Positions 38,881-49,709 of a stretch of 64,000 nt of DNA are shown one piece after another; within the stretch, counting starts at the first letter, position 1; each line of letters begins with the position of its first letter. The DNA is from an uncultured Chlamydiae bacterium. GTDB lineage: Bacteria; Chlamydiota; Chlamydiia; Chlamydiales; JAJFMB01. The position numbers were made by a program, and so were the translations under genes. The stretch is taken from positions 672,001 to 736,000 of the forward strand of contig CAVOJR010000001.1 in NCBI GenBank assembly GCA_963696295.1. The letters run 5' to 3'. Under the pieces are notes generated by a model. That model saw nothing but the letters and a program-made list of their open reading frames with translations. It had not been told where the DNA came from and did no database searches.

Positions 38881-40379
38881 TCCAGTGTCACTCTTGGATC
38901 TAAAACAGTATAAGCCACATCCGCAACAAGATAACCGAGCAGGGATAAAAAGGCCCCGGCTAAGGCTGAAAACATAATCACATTATAATCTCTATTTATG
39001 ATGGCTTCATAAAAAAAACGCCCAAAACCATTAATATCAAACAGCGTCTCCACAATCAAAGATCCTCCTAAAATCAGGCCGAAGGAACCCGCGATGGCGG
39101 TAACTATCGTGATAGAGGCGTTACGCCCCACATGCTTGAATAAAATCCTCAAAGTTCCAACCCCCTTTGCCTTGGCCGTCCGCACATAATCCTGGCGCAT
39201 AGTCTCAAGCACGGCTGTCCTTGAAAGGCGCGACTGCAAGGCAAGGCTGCCGTACATTATCGCAACGATGGGCAAAAAGATATGCTGCAGGGTATCCAAT
39301 AGCCTTTGATAGGAGACCTGCTCACTGTAAACGCTTTCCGGACTGGTGAAGCCGCTATAGGGAATCGGAATATTAGTGAAAGGGAAGGTATGGTTCAAAG
39401 CGATTTTTTCAATCAGAAAAGGCGCCACCACAAAGACCGGGATGGCATACAAAATCAAAAAAAGGATATTGAGCGAATAATCGGGAAACCTGTTTTGAAA
39501 GTATGCCATGGTGAATCCAAAAAGCTGACACAAACCAAAAGTCATGATCATAGGCAAAAGGGAAAGGGTTAACGAGTACTTAAACCGCCTTGTCACCTCG
39601 CTGATCACCGTCTTATTCTGGTCATTTCTGATCGTGCCGAAATCCAAAGTCAGCACGCGGCTCATATAGCGGCAAAATCTGGTTTCCAGAAAGAAAATCC
39701 GGATCTTGCTCCAAAAGGAGGGTTTGAAGTTATAAAACTGTTTATTCGCCCGGTACCATTTTTCCATTTCATCGATTTTTTTCTGGATCTCCTGCGGGCT
39801 GTCTTCCGTGCTGAACACCAGGCTTTCGAGCAGCTGATTGTCTTCGGAGACTTTGCGGTTATAGGCTTTTTGCGCCGGCGATAAATTAGGTTGAGTGATA
39901 GACTGGCGGGTGCCGCCCCGCACAAAAAAGCGGGCAGCCATGCGCCGCGTTTCCATCGTTTCCCCTTTATCAGAAACAATCTGCAACAATAGGGGCATGA
40001 TGAAACGGGCCTGATCCCCGAATTTGACTCTCATATTGTCATAGTCTCTGACACTCATCTCCTCTTTTGCGGCCGGATCCTCTTTTCGGTGAATGAGGCG
40101 CCAAAGAATCTTTTGAACGTACTCAAGGTTTATGTAAGGCCAGGGATTGAACAGGATAGGCAAAGTGAGTCCATAATGTTCCCGAAATTGCAGATAGCGG
40201 TCATCTCCGCCAAAGGCCACCGAACGGTCTTCGCTGCGCGTGGCGAGCCCTTCTGCCGAAACTTCGGTAACGGTAGTAGGGTCTCCGGGGGCTAAGTTGA
40301 TGATCACAAAGTTCACGAGAATAATGAAAAACATCGTGATCGGCAATAGCAGTGAGCGCCTTATGATATAATTTATCAT
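38877..40379 (-). CDS. oppB: Oligopeptide ABC permease (OppB type, extended)
   Basis: YIIRR, LAPGDP, DYVRTAKAKG, ETLF...GFG, RDYNV, DPRV. Confidence 0.9.
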   Translation of the reverse strand: MINYIIRRSLLLPITMFFIILVNFVIINLAPGDPTTVTEVSAEGLATRSEDRSVAFGGDDRYLQFREHYGLTLPILFNPWPYINLEYVQKILWRLIHRKEDPAAKEEMSVRDYDNMRVKFGDQARFIMPLLLQIVSDKGETMETRRMAARFFVRGGTRQSITQPNLSPAQKAYNRKVSEDNQLLESLVFSTEDSPQEIQKKIDEMEKWYRANKQFYNFKPSFWSKIRIFFLETRFCRYMSRVLTLDFGTIRNDQNKTVISEVTRRFKYSLTLSLLPMIMTFGLCQLFGFTMAYFQNRFPDYSLNILFLILYAIPVFVVAPFLIEKIALNHTFPFTNIPIPYSGFTSPESVYSEQVSYQRLLDTLQHIFLPIVAIMYGSLALQSRLSRTAVLETMRQDYVRTAKAKGVGTLRILFKHVGRNASITIVTAIAGSFGLILGGSLIVETLFDINGFGRFFYEAIINRDYNVIMFSALAGAFLSLLGYLVADVAYTVLDPRVTLE

Positions 40380-40383
40380 TGAT

Positions 40384-42450
40384 TTAAACTGGTTTTATCC
40401 AAACAGTACTCCAATCCGGCTCATCTACATTGGCGCCGGGTATTAAATCTTGCCGGTCAATCGGCAAAAAGAGGTTTTGGATATAATCGCGGTAGAGCAG
40501 CACAGTCTTGGGGGCATAAAGAAAGGTGTAGGGCTGCTGCTCATGGAGGATTTCGTGAAAGCGATGATATAGTTCCAGCCGTTTGGTATAATTATCCTCA
40601 TACTCTAAGCGATCGATGATTTTGTCCGCTTCGGCATTGGCAAAGCCGACACTGTTGGATGATCCTTTTTGCTTGGCTCCGGTGGAGTACCACAACTGTC
40701 TGGGATTTTCAGGCGGACTGCCGAGAACCCAGGCCAGAAGATAGGCGTCAAAACTTTTGTCGTCAAAAAGGAGGGAAAGATCGGTGATATCCACGCCGTT
40801 TAATTGACAATCGACGCCGATGTCCCTTAAAGCGGATGAGATATAGTCACAGATCGATTTTGATGTGGAACTTTTTACAAAATAAGTCAGATAAAAACGG
40901 AAGGGCACTCTCTCACCGTTGATTTCCTTATCTATAATGCCATCGCCGTCGCTGTCATACCACCCCTCTTCCTCCAAAAGCAGACGCGCGCCAGCCGGAT
41001 CGAAGGGCCAAGGCTCAATTTTCTGATTATAGGAAGGAGAATTCGGAGAGAAGCCGGCGGTGATCTCTACGCCGTTGCCATTTAGATTTTGTCTGATAAT
41101 CCTGCCCCGATCGATCGCCATCGTCATCGCCCGGCGCACCCTTTTGGAACTAAACAGCGGCTTGGCCTCGTTCCAGCCAATATAGGCGTAAGAGCGACCC
41201 AGATAATCGAGCCGGCTTATTCCGGCGCCCTCATTCTTCTGCTTTTCATAGTAGGGGGATTTTAAGAATTGCTCTAACTCAATTTCCTGATTCGGCTGAA
41301 GAGTGTAGCTGCCGATCTGATTGGCTTTAAAATCTTGCCAAATCGCCTCAAGGGTATCTTTAAAGAGCGATTCCCGCTCTTTGGTCAAGGCGTAATAGGG
41401 GCTGAAAAAGTTATCGTTGCGGCGGAATTTGATATCCCTTTCGCTGAAGCCATCGAAAATCCAGGGGCCGCAGCTGACGATGACATTTTTCGCCCAGTGC
41501 TGGGTGAATTGCTGCGCAAAGACAGAGTCTTTGCGATAGATTTCAGGATCTTGATCCTGCTCGACAATTTTTGAGCCGTCCGGATAGTATTGGTAGACAA
41601 AACAGGGTAGAGGCTGTAATCCTCCCGTCAAAAACTTCGCCGCGTATTTGATTCTAGGCACTTTTTTACCGTCCACGTCTGCCATCTCAGCTTTCCAGCG
41701 CACGACAAAAGTCAGCGGATCAATAATTTCGATGCTGTCGATATCCCCAATGTAGGTGCGCGTGGCGACAGCCCCCGGCTCCTGGATATGGGGGTTCATC
41801 ACGACGTCAAAATAAAACTTAAAATCTTTAGCCGTAACAGGTTGTTTCTGAAGAAACTGAGGAGCCAGTTTGATGCCCTTGGGAAAAAATTCTTGCGATA
41901 GAGGTTCCCAGAAAGAATCGTCTCTTAAAAAGACCCAAAATTCCGCCACGCCGGTTTTTTCGTTTTTCCGCTCTTCCATCCTATAGGCCATGGCGGGCGA
42001 GAGTGTTTCGTATTTGCCGAACAGGTTGGTGGCCACGGTATTTGTGCACATCCGGTACCAGACGGAGACATCGCGCCAATTATTGAAAACGTTGAGATTA
42101 GTCGGCTTGCCGACAACGGCATTAAGCAGATTTCCGTAAGGGTGGAAATTGGCTCCGAGCATTTTAGGTAAAGTCTCCTGATAAAACGGGTCCTCTTTAA
42201 GGAGGTTGGGCAATTTGGGATTGATGAGCTGGCGCGCCGCTTCTTTTTCAGCCGCGATTTCTTCGGAGGCTTTTGGTTCTGTCTTAAGGGCGTGGATTTG
42301 GGCGCTGATGGCTGCGAGCTCTTTTTGCACCTCTTTCATATCCTGTTCGATTAAAACCGAGGACCAGTAGAGCATGCACATGAAGGCGAATAAGCCAAAG
42401 GCTAAGAGAAAGCGAAAAATATAAAGGGAGATCGGCTCTTTCCGCATCAA
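40384..42450 (-). CDS. oppA: Peptide ABC substrate-binding protein (family 5)
   Basis: PVTAKDFKF, VSCGPW, VRRAMTMAIDR, D.DGDG, EQQPYTFLY. Confidence 0.9.
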   Translation of the reverse strand: MMRKEPISLYIFRFLLAFGLFAFMCMLYWSSVLIEQDMKEVQKELAAISAQIHALKTEPKASEEIAAEKEAARQLINPKLPNLLKEDPFYQETLPKMLGANFHPYGNLLNAVVGKPTNLNVFNNWRDVSVWYRMCTNTVATNLFGKYETLSPAMAYRMEERKNEKTGVAEFWVFLRDDSFWEPLSQEFFPKGIKLAPQFLQKQPVTAKDFKFYFDVVMNPHIQEPGAVATRTYIGDIDSIEIIDPLTFVVRWKAEMADVDGKKVPRIKYAAKFLTGGLQPLPCFVYQYYPDGSKIVEQDQDPEIYRKDSVFAQQFTQHWAKNVIVSCGPWIFDGFSERDIKFRRNDNFFSPYYALTKERESLFKDTLEAIWQDFKANQIGSYTLQPNQEIELEQFLKSPYYEKQKNEGAGISRLDYLGRSYAYIGWNEAKPLFSSKRVRRAMTMAIDRGRIIRQNLNGNGVEITAGFSPNSPSYNQKIEPWPFDPAGARLLLEEEGWYDSDGDGIIDKEINGERVPFRFYLTYFVKSSTSKSICDYISSALRDIGVDCQLNGVDITDLSLLFDDKSFDAYLLAWVLGSPPENPRQLWYSTGAKQKGSSNSVGFANAEADKIIDRLEYEDNYTKRLELYHRFHEILHEQQPYTFLYAPKTVLLYRDYIQNLFLPIDRQDLIPGANVDEPDWSTVWIKPV

Positions 42451-42460
42451 CTCCTCTCAA

Positions 42461-43141
42461 TTAATAAATAATAATATGGTACTCCATGGCCGCATTGGGG
42501 TTCAAGATCAAATGAGGAATTATTTCAAAATCAGCAAGACCGCGGCAAAAAGAGCACAGGGCTACACTAAGGGCGCAGCCTCCTAAAACAAACCGTCCGT
42601 ATTTTTTTCCTTTTTGGAAGAAAGAGTAGGCGCGCATCGCAAAAAAGAGGGAGGGGGAGGTGAGGAGGGCGAAAGCGAAGCCGTTTAGCCAGCCGGTGAA
42701 GGGGTCTTGTGAGAGGGCGCAGGCGGAGAAGACGATGAGGGTTTGGCCGCAGGGGAGGAAGGGAGTGAAAAAGCCGAAGAGGAAAGTGGGCCAGATTTCG
42801 TCTTTAAGGATGAGGAGGGAGAGGGATTGATTCAGACTGCTAAAGTTTGGCAGCAGGGCGCTTTCCCGTTGCAGGAGCGTCATGGTTCCCGCCGCGAACA
42901 AAATGCCTCCGAAAAGAAATGAGACGAGGGCGCTTATGTGGTAGGGTTGAAGGGCGACATTCAGGATGGATCCCACCGAAGCCGCGGCGAAGCCGGCCAG
43001 GCTGAAGGAGGAGAGGCGGCCGAGGAAGTACCAGTAGCGGTGCCGGTGTTGCCCGAGCATCATGGCGAGGGGCCCGCACATGCCGAAGCAGTGGAGGTTT
43101 CCGAAGAGGTAGACGGGAAGCATGGCGATAAGGAGAGTCAT
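42461..43141 (-). CDS. DsbD_2 / TauE-SafE-like membrane protein
   Basis: HCFGMCGP and FLPCG motifs in a multi-TM protein. Confidence 0.85.
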   Translation of the reverse strand: MTLLIAMLPVYLFGNLHCFGMCGPLAMMLGQHRHRYWYFLGRLSSFSLAGFAAASVGSILNVALQPYHISALVSFLFGGILFAAGTMTLLQRESALLPNFSSLNQSLSLLILKDEIWPTFLFGFFTPFLPCGQTLIVFSACALSQDPFTGWLNGFAFALLTSPSLFFAMRAYSFFQKGKKYGRFVLGGCALSVALCSFCRGLADFEIIPHLILNPNAAMEYHIIIY

Positions 43142-43305
43142 TATTTCTCCTTAGAGTAGTAGCATTTGGCGCCGGCGTTATAGAAACTGAAGGCTGTTGC
43201 GCCGATTAATAATGCGAGGAACAGGGCGGTGTAGAAGATGAAGAATCTCCGGAACGCGCCTTTTTTTTCATCAGGAATAGCATAATATCTAATATAACCC
43301 CTCAA
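43141..43305 (-). CDS. Possible small single-TM protein (start uncertain)
   Basis: FFIFYTALFLALLIGATAFSF hydrophobic stretch; stop overlaps the next start; an ATG followed by A8 is one base out of frame. Confidence 0.35.
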   Translation of the reverse strand: MRGYIRYYAIPDEKKGAFRRFFIFYTALFLALLIGATAFSFYNAGAKCYYSKEK

Positions 43306-43396
43306 TGCTTTTGCAGGCAAGCCCACAAAGATTCCCTTCCCCAAAATTCTCCTAATCACTAATGTGAGCCTAGAGTAACCAAACTTAAGCGCACTT

Positions 43397-45964
43397 ATGT
43401 CCTCACTCATTGAAATTCAAGCAGATAGAATTGTCGCTAAAACAAAGCACTATCTCATCACCACCATGGGACGCGTTTTGGAAGAGGCTAACCTCGACGA
43501 ACTTTACCGGGCCCTCTCCTACACCCTCCGGGAAGAAGTGATGATCAATTGGCTCGCTTCGGAACGCACCATCGCCAAACATAGCGTGCGCGTCCTCTAC
43601 TACCTCTCCATGGAGTACCTGCCCGGCCGGATCCTCAGCAACAACATCACCAACCTCCAGGCCAACGATATCATCCGCCTCATCTTGCAAAAACTCAACC
43701 GCACCTACGATGACATCGTCACGCGGGAGCGCGATCCGGGCCTCGGAAACGGCGGTCTTGGCCGCCTGGCCTCCTGCTTCCTCGACTCGCTAGCCACACA
43801 GCACTACCCCTCAAGGGGTTATGGCCTTCGCTACCAATACGGGATCTTTGAACAGCAACTCTGGAACGGACAGCAGATCGAAGCGCCCGATCCCTGGCTG
43901 GCCAACGAATACCCGTGGGAATTCAGACGGGACCTGCGCAAAGTTTTCGTCAAATACGGGGGGCATATCACTCCGAAAACCAATATCCATGGCGACGAAA
44001 TCTATCAATTGGATGGTTATGAACAGGTATGGGCTCTCCCCTTTGACATCCCGATCATCGGCTACAACCGGGAAAATACCTACACGGTCATCACGTTGCG
44101 CCTCTGGTCCACCAAAGAATCGCCGCGTAACTTCCTTTTGCAGCGCTACAACGCCGGCCGCCTCGATGAAGCCGCCGAAAACTCCACCCTGACCGACGTG
44201 CTCTATCCAAGCGATCACCACGAAACGGGCAAAAGAGTGCGGCTGAAGCAGGAATTCCTGTTAGTTTCGGCTTCGCTGCAAGATATCATCCGCCATTATC
44301 TGGCATCGCACCCTAATTTCCGCGATTTTGCCGATAAGGTGCGCATCCAAATCAACGACACCCATGCCACCCTGGTCATCCCCGAATTAATCCGCCAGCT
44401 GATCCAAACCTACGACCTCCCCTGGAATATGGCCCTCGAGATCACCCGGGAATGCACCGGCTACACCAATCACACCATCTTAAAAGAAGCTCTCGAGCAG
44501 TGGGATCACAATTTGATGTTCTATCTTTTGCCGCAGCAATTCCGCATCATCGAGCGGATCAACTACGGTTTTTGCGAAGAGATAAGGAAAAAATTTCCGC
44601 AGGACGAACCGCGCGTCCAAAGAATGTCTATCTTAAACGACGGCATGGTGCGCATGGCCAATCTGGCCATCTGCGGCTCCCATCGCATTAACGGCGTGGC
44701 AGCTTTACATACCGAAATTTTGAAAAATGAGGTTTTTAAAGACTTCTACGAAATGTTTTCCGACAGGTTCGTCAATATCACGAACGGCGTCACCCAGCGC
44801 AGGTGGCTTTTGCATTGCAATCCCGATTTGGCCGCTTTCATCTCACAAAGAATCGGGGACAGCTGGATCACCGATTTTATGCAAATCGAGCGCCTGGCTG
44901 AGTTTGCCAGCGATATCGATTCTCAAAGAGACTTCCTCGCCATCAAGCGAAAAAACAAACATCGCTTAATCAATAAGATTTTCAAGATCGAAAAAATGCG
45001 GGATGCAAGCGGCGAGTTCAAGGAGTCGTATCCCCTTGTGGATATCGACGCCCTCTTTGATGTGCAGATCAAGAGAATTCACGAATACAAAAGGCAGCTG
45101 ATGAATGCGCTGCACCTGATAATGCTTTATCAGGAGATCATCGAAGACCCCGAGTCCAAAAGAGTCAAACGCGCTGCTATTTTCGGCGGGAAAGCCGCTC
45201 CCGGATACGACGTGGCTAAAAATATCATTTTCCTCATCAACTGCATCGGCCGCCGCATCAATCGCGACCCAAAAACACAAGGGCTGCTTAAAGTTATTTT
45301 CATCGAAAACTACTGCGTCACAAGAGCCGAGCTGATTATTCCGTCCGCCGATCTTTCCGAGCAAATCTCGACAGCCGGCACTGAAGCCTCCGGTACAGGC
45401 AACATGAAGCTCACCATGAACGGCGCGCTCACCATCGGCACAAACGACGGCGCCAATATCGAAATGCGGGAAGAGGTGACGGACAAATGGTGGCCCTTCG
45501 CCTTTGGCTGTTCCGCTTCCGAAATAAAAAAAATGAGGGATGAGCAAACGTATCACCCCCAAAACATTTACAATGACAACCCGAAAATCAAAAAAGCCCT
45601 CGACACTCTCGTCAACCGAACCTTCGCCGAAAATGATTATGAGCATCAAATCTTTTCCAGCCTCTACCATATGATACTCGACGGCTACCCGGGCAGTCCG
45701 GCCGACCGCTACTTCATTTTGAAAGACCTGGAGAGCTATTACGACACCCAGCTGAAAGTGGAGCAGCTTTACCAGAAGCCCTTCCAGTGGGCCGAATACG
45801 CCCTGCACAATATCGCCGCCATGGGCAAGTTTTCCACTGATTACTCCATCCGCAACTACTGCGAGAAGATCTGGGGAATCAAGCCGCTGCCGCTAGACGA
45901 AGAAATCCTCAACCGCGTGCGCCATGACTACAGCGAGCACGACCAGTGCCGCATCTATTATTGA
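43397..45964 (+). CDS. glgP: Glycogen/alpha-glucan phosphorylase
   Basis: GLGNGGLGRLA, QINDTH, TNGVTQRRW, KRIHEYKRQ, EASGTGNMK (PLP lysine). Confidence 0.97.
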   Translation: MSSLIEIQADRIVAKTKHYLITTMGRVLEEANLDELYRALSYTLREEVMINWLASERTIAKHSVRVLYYLSMEYLPGRILSNNITNLQANDIIRLILQKLNRTYDDIVTRERDPGLGNGGLGRLASCFLDSLATQHYPSRGYGLRYQYGIFEQQLWNGQQIEAPDPWLANEYPWEFRRDLRKVFVKYGGHITPKTNIHGDEIYQLDGYEQVWALPFDIPIIGYNRENTYTVITLRLWSTKESPRNFLLQRYNAGRLDEAAENSTLTDVLYPSDHHETGKRVRLKQEFLLVSASLQDIIRHYLASHPNFRDFADKVRIQINDTHATLVIPELIRQLIQTYDLPWNMALEITRECTGYTNHTILKEALEQWDHNLMFYLLPQQFRIIERINYGFCEEIRKKFPQDEPRVQRMSILNDGMVRMANLAICGSHRINGVAALHTEILKNEVFKDFYEMFSDRFVNITNGVTQRRWLLHCNPDLAAFISQRIGDSWITDFMQIERLAEFASDIDSQRDFLAIKRKNKHRLINKIFKIEKMRDASGEFKESYPLVDIDALFDVQIKRIHEYKRQLMNALHLIMLYQEIIEDPESKRVKRAAIFGGKAAPGYDVAKNIIFLINCIGRRINRDPKTQGLLKVIFIENYCVTRAELIIPSADLSEQISTAGTEASGTGNMKLTMNGALTIGTNDGANIEMREEVTDKWWPFAFGCSASEIKKMRDEQTYHPQNIYNDNPKIKKALDTLVNRTFAENDYEHQIFSSLYHMILDGYPGSPADRYFILKDLESYYDTQLKVEQLYQKPFQWAEYALHNIAAMGKFSTDYSIRNYCEKIWGIKPLPLDEEILNRVRHDYSEHDQCRIYY

Positions 45965-46018
45965 GAAATGCCAATTTGATTGATACTATTCGTCGTTCTG
46001 TATTACAATTTGAAAGAT

Positions 46019-46852
46019 ATGAAAAAGTTCTGGTTGCTATTCTTACTCTGCACCGCCTGCCTTCATTCTGAGGAAAAAACCGTATTTCTCACTTCTATCA
46101 TACGCGATCAAGCCCACGTGCTCCCCAGATATTTAAAAAATATCGAAAACCTCGATTACGACAAAAAGCTGATCACCGTCCATTTCTATACGTATAACAA
46201 CGATGACCGGACCTCCCAGCTTTTGCAGGATTGGGCCGGGCAAAACAAAAACCGCTATAGAGATATTGCGGTCGAGACGCTGCAATATTCTGACATTCCC
46301 CTGCTGCCCAACTACAAGAAAAAAGAGTGGATCTACGAGGAAAATAGCGTGGTGCAAGAGCTCATCAATAAAGGCCTGTCAAAGGGCAAGGAGAGCGATT
46401 ACTATTTCTTCCTCGCCCCCACTTCCCTGATTGCCCCCTTTACCCTGAAAGAACTCATCGCCAAAGACAAACCGATCATTGCCCCCCTCTTGGTCAGCAT
46501 ACCGGAATGCGATGATCACTTCGCCAACTTTTTCTACAAAACCACTGAGGACGGCTACTATGCCCACGACGATAATTACACCAAAATCCTCTACAGGTGG
46601 GATCCGGGCGTCTTCCAGGTGCCTTTAGTCTATAATGCCTATTTGATTAAGAGGGAATATCTGGATAAACTGAGCTTCGGCGAAGAGAGCTCTGATCTCT
46701 ATTTTGTGGCTTTTGCGCGCAATGCCAGGAAGAACGGGGTCGAACAGTACCTCACGAACGAAAAAAATTACGGCGTGCAAATTCATTTTACCTCTTCAGT
46801 CACAAGGGAGGAAGAGATCCGCAAACTCAAAAACCTTTTACTGCTGCCATGA
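46019..46852 (+). CDS. Secreted GT-A protein resembling the N-terminal domain of procollagen galactosyltransferase COLGALT1/CERCAM and the PLOD accessory domain
   Basis: Signal peptide; AHVLP..L..IE.LDY.K, NNDDRT..L..W, TLKELIA.DKPIIAPLL, NF....T.DGYY, G.F.VP.V...YLI, VAF...A...GV..Y..N...YG follow the COLGALT1 motif order; DxD is replaced by APT. Confidence 0.75.
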   Translation: MKKFWLLFLLCTACLHSEEKTVFLTSIIRDQAHVLPRYLKNIENLDYDKKLITVHFYTYNNDDRTSQLLQDWAGQNKNRYRDIAVETLQYSDIPLLPNYKKKEWIYEENSVVQELINKGLSKGKESDYYFFLAPTSLIAPFTLKELIAKDKPIIAPLLVSIPECDDHFANFFYKTTEDGYYAHDDNYTKILYRWDPGVFQVPLVYNAYLIKREYLDKLSFGEESSDLYFVAFARNARKNGVEQYLTNEKNYGVQIHFTSSVTREEEIRKLKNLLLLP

Positions 46853-47802
46853 AACTGCTCATCTCCCTTCTGCTCCTGATCTCTCCCCTCTATGCCCTGA
46901 AAATCAACATCATCAGCTGGACAAATGGAGTTGGCTTAGAACAGGATATCGACATCCTTTACAAGGAACTGACCAAACTGGGCCATCAGGTCGATTTTAT
47001 CCATTTTTACGATTTTGATCCGAAGCCCAAAGCCGACATCAATATCTTTGTGGAGCTCGTGGAAGAATTGCACTTTGAGTTGGCCTCCAAAAATTACCTG
47101 ATCCCAAATCCTGAGTGGTTCACAAAAGAGCCTTTAATCCCTAAATTTGATCTGATTTTGTGCAAAACAAAAGAAGCGATGCGCCTCTTTCAACCCTTAA
47201 ATCCTCATGTCGTCTATCTCGGATTCACTTCAAAGGACTGCTTTTATGAAAATATCCAAAAAGATTACCGCTCCCCCCTCCACCTGGCCGGCCACAGCAT
47301 CCAAAAAGGGACCGACGGTCTCCTCGCTCTTTGGAGAACTAATCCGAAGCTGCCTCTCCTGCACTTGCTTAAGCATCGGGAGCCCTTTTACCCGGGCATC
47401 GCTAACGTAGAGCAATTCACAGAATATCTCCCCCTTTCCGAGTTAAGATATTTGCAAAACCGAAACGCCCTCCACCTATGCCCGAGCGAAACCGAAGGGT
47501 TTGGCCATTACATCGTAGAGGCCTTGAGTACCGGAGCTGTCGTCGTCACGACCAATGCGCCGCCGATGAATGAATTTGTGAGCGATCCGAGATGCCTGGT
47601 AAATTACAATACTACCTGGCAGCAGAATTTAGCGACAAACTACTATTTCGATCCTGAAAGTTTGAGAGCTACTTTGACAAATTTGCTCAATTTACCTGAT
47701 GAAGAATTACAAAAGATCGGCCGGCAAAACCGCCAGAAATACCTTGAAATCGACCGGTCTTTCAAACAAAGAATCGCTGAAATATTTGGAGAAGCAAAAT
47801 GA
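46849..47802 (+). CDS. Secreted GT-B (GT4-like) glycosyltransferase
   Basis: Signal peptide; NGVGL, S.QKGT, HLCPSETEGFGHYIVEALSTGAVVVTTNAPPMNE (E-X7-E). Confidence 0.85.
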   Translation: MKLLISLLLLISPLYALKINIISWTNGVGLEQDIDILYKELTKLGHQVDFIHFYDFDPKPKADINIFVELVEELHFELASKNYLIPNPEWFTKEPLIPKFDLILCKTKEAMRLFQPLNPHVVYLGFTSKDCFYENIQKDYRSPLHLAGHSIQKGTDGLLALWRTNPKLPLLHLLKHREPFYPGIANVEQFTEYLPLSELRYLQNRNALHLCPSETEGFGHYIVEALSTGAVVVTTNAPPMNEFVSDPRCLVNYNTTWQQNLATNYYFDPESLRATLTNLLNLPDEELQKIGRQNRQKYLEIDRSFKQRIAEIFGEAK

Positions 47803-48965
47803 AACGCCTGATTACCTTTTTGTGCCTGATGTGCCCCCTGGCGCTGTTTGCCAACGTAAAAGACCCCCTGCTGGTGGTTTCCCTGATGATCAAGAATGAA
47901 GTGCATTCGATCGAAGACACCCTTGAGCCGCTCGTGAGCGGAGGGATTACAGCCTATTTGATATTCGATACCGGCTCTACCGACGGCACGCTGGAGGTCG
48001 TGGAAAAGTTTTTCAAAAAACATAAACAGGTTAAAGCCGTCGTCAAACAGGAACCCTTTGTCGATTTTTCCACTTCGCGAAACCGCGCTTTAGACCTCGC
48101 CAAAGAGTCATTTCCTAAAGCCGAATTTATTTTTATGCCCGACGCCGAGTGGATCTTGCATGATGTTCCCGGCCTGCTCGCGTTTTGCGAAAAAGAGAGG
48201 GACTCCAATCTACCCTCCTATATGATCAGGGTGCTCGGAGGATCGCTGGACTACTACTCCACCCGCCTGGTCCGGGCCAATGGTCCCGCTCATTATGTCG
48301 GCAAAGTGCATGAAGTGATCATCCCCGCCACAGCCGTTAAAGCTCCCGACACCGTCTATCTGGAGCAAAGGTGCTATGAGAAAGGGCTCGCCCAATCTAA
48401 AGAAAGATGGAAAAGGGACCGCACCATTTTAGAGGAGGCCTTTTTAGAAAATCCGACCGATGCGAGAACCCTCTTTTATCTCGCCCAGACCTGCAGCTGC
48501 CTTGAAGATTACCAGTCCGCCTACCAATATTATCTCATCCGCTCCAAATTGAAAGGATGGCCGGAAGAAGACTATATGACCCTCTACCGGTTGGCTGAAG
48601 TGGTTGAAGAGCTCGCTAAAACGAACCAGACCTATCTGCCTGAAATGATCTATTACTATATGGAGGCTTATAATATGCGTCCTACCCGCGCCGAGCCCCT
48701 GGTCAAAATCGCCGAACACTATTTAAGAAATGGGAAATACCCCTTGAGCTACCTTTACGCCGAGAAAGCCACTAAGATTGAGTACCCATCCGGCGACACC
48801 CTGTTTGTCGACAAGTACATGTATGATTTTACGCGCTACGATATTTTGAGCCAGTGCGCCTGGTATGTGGATCAAAAAGAGGTGGGCTATGAGGCCTTAA
48901 AGAAAGCGATAGCCTACGCTCCCGATGCCGAGTATCTGAAAGCCAATCTCAGCTTCTACGAATAG
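47799..48965 (+). CDS. Secreted GT2 glycosyltransferase with TPR repeats
   Basis: Signal peptide; MIKNE, DTGSTDGT, DFSTSRN, PDAEW, VGKVHE, R..FYLAQT and TPR helices (P.RAEP). Confidence 0.88.
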   Translation: MKRLITFLCLMCPLALFANVKDPLLVVSLMIKNEVHSIEDTLEPLVSGGITAYLIFDTGSTDGTLEVVEKFFKKHKQVKAVVKQEPFVDFSTSRNRALDLAKESFPKAEFIFMPDAEWILHDVPGLLAFCEKERDSNLPSYMIRVLGGSLDYYSTRLVRANGPAHYVGKVHEVIIPATAVKAPDTVYLEQRCYEKGLAQSKERWKRDRTILEEAFLENPTDARTLFYLAQTCSCLEDYQSAYQYYLIRSKLKGWPEEDYMTLYRLAEVVEELAKTNQTYLPEMIYYYMEAYNMRPTRAEPLVKIAEHYLRNGKYPLSYLYAEKATKIEYPSGDTLFVDKYMYDFTRYDILSQCAWYVDQKEVGYEALKKAIAYAPDAEYLKANLSFYE

Positions 48966-49709
48966 GTGCATCTAGCTGATCACAATTTTGGGCGGGACTC
49001 TCCCGCCTTGGTTCCTTCTGGTTTTGAGCCAGTGCGCCTGGTATGTGGATCAAAAAGAGGTGGGCCATGAGGCCTTAAAGAAAGCGATAGCCTACCCTTC
49101 CGATTATCTGAAAGCCAATCTCAGCTTCTACGAATAGGTGCATCTAGCTGATCACAATTTTGGGCGGGACTCTCCCGCCTTGGTTCCTTCTGGTTTTGAG
49201 CCAGTGCGCCTGGTATGTGGATCAAAAAGAGGTGGGCTATGAAGCCTTAAAGAAAGCGATAGCCTACCCTCCCGATTATCTGAAAGCCAATCTTAGCTTC
49301 TACGAATAGGTGCATCTAGCTAATCACAATTTTGGGCGGGACTCTCCCGCCTTGGTTCCTTCTGATTTTGAGCCAGTGCGCCTGGTATGTGGATCAAAAG
49401 AGGTGGGCCATGAGGCCTTAAAGAAAGCGATAGCCTACGCTCCCGATGCCGATTATCTCAAAGCCATCAGCTTCTACGAATAGGTGCATCTAGCTGATCA
49501 CAATTTTGAGAGGGACTCTCCCGCTTTGGTTCCTTCTGATTTTAAGCTAGTGGCCTGGTATGTGGATCAAAAAGAGATGGGCCGTGAGGCCTTAAAGAAA
49601 GCGATAGCCTACGCTCCCGATGCCGAGTATCTCAAAGCCATCAGCTTCTAAGAATAGGTGCATCTAGCTGACAATTTTGAGAGGGGCTTGCCCGCCTTGA
49701 TTCCTTCTG
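48844..49709 (+). repeat. Five-copy tandem array (170-178 bp) of the GT2-TPR gene 3' end plus hairpin
   Basis: Units start at 48844, 49022, 49194, 49366 and 49540. Each holds the last ~120 nt of the CDS; the hairpin GGCGGGA-CTC-TCCCGCC is intact in units 1-3 and degraded in 4-5. Confidence 0.95.

Noticed and set aside
48844..49709. CRISPR array or DGR template/variable repeat
   Set aside because: Units are about 175 bp with no unique spacers; there is no cas or reverse transcriptase gene nearby; the differences are not adenine-specific.
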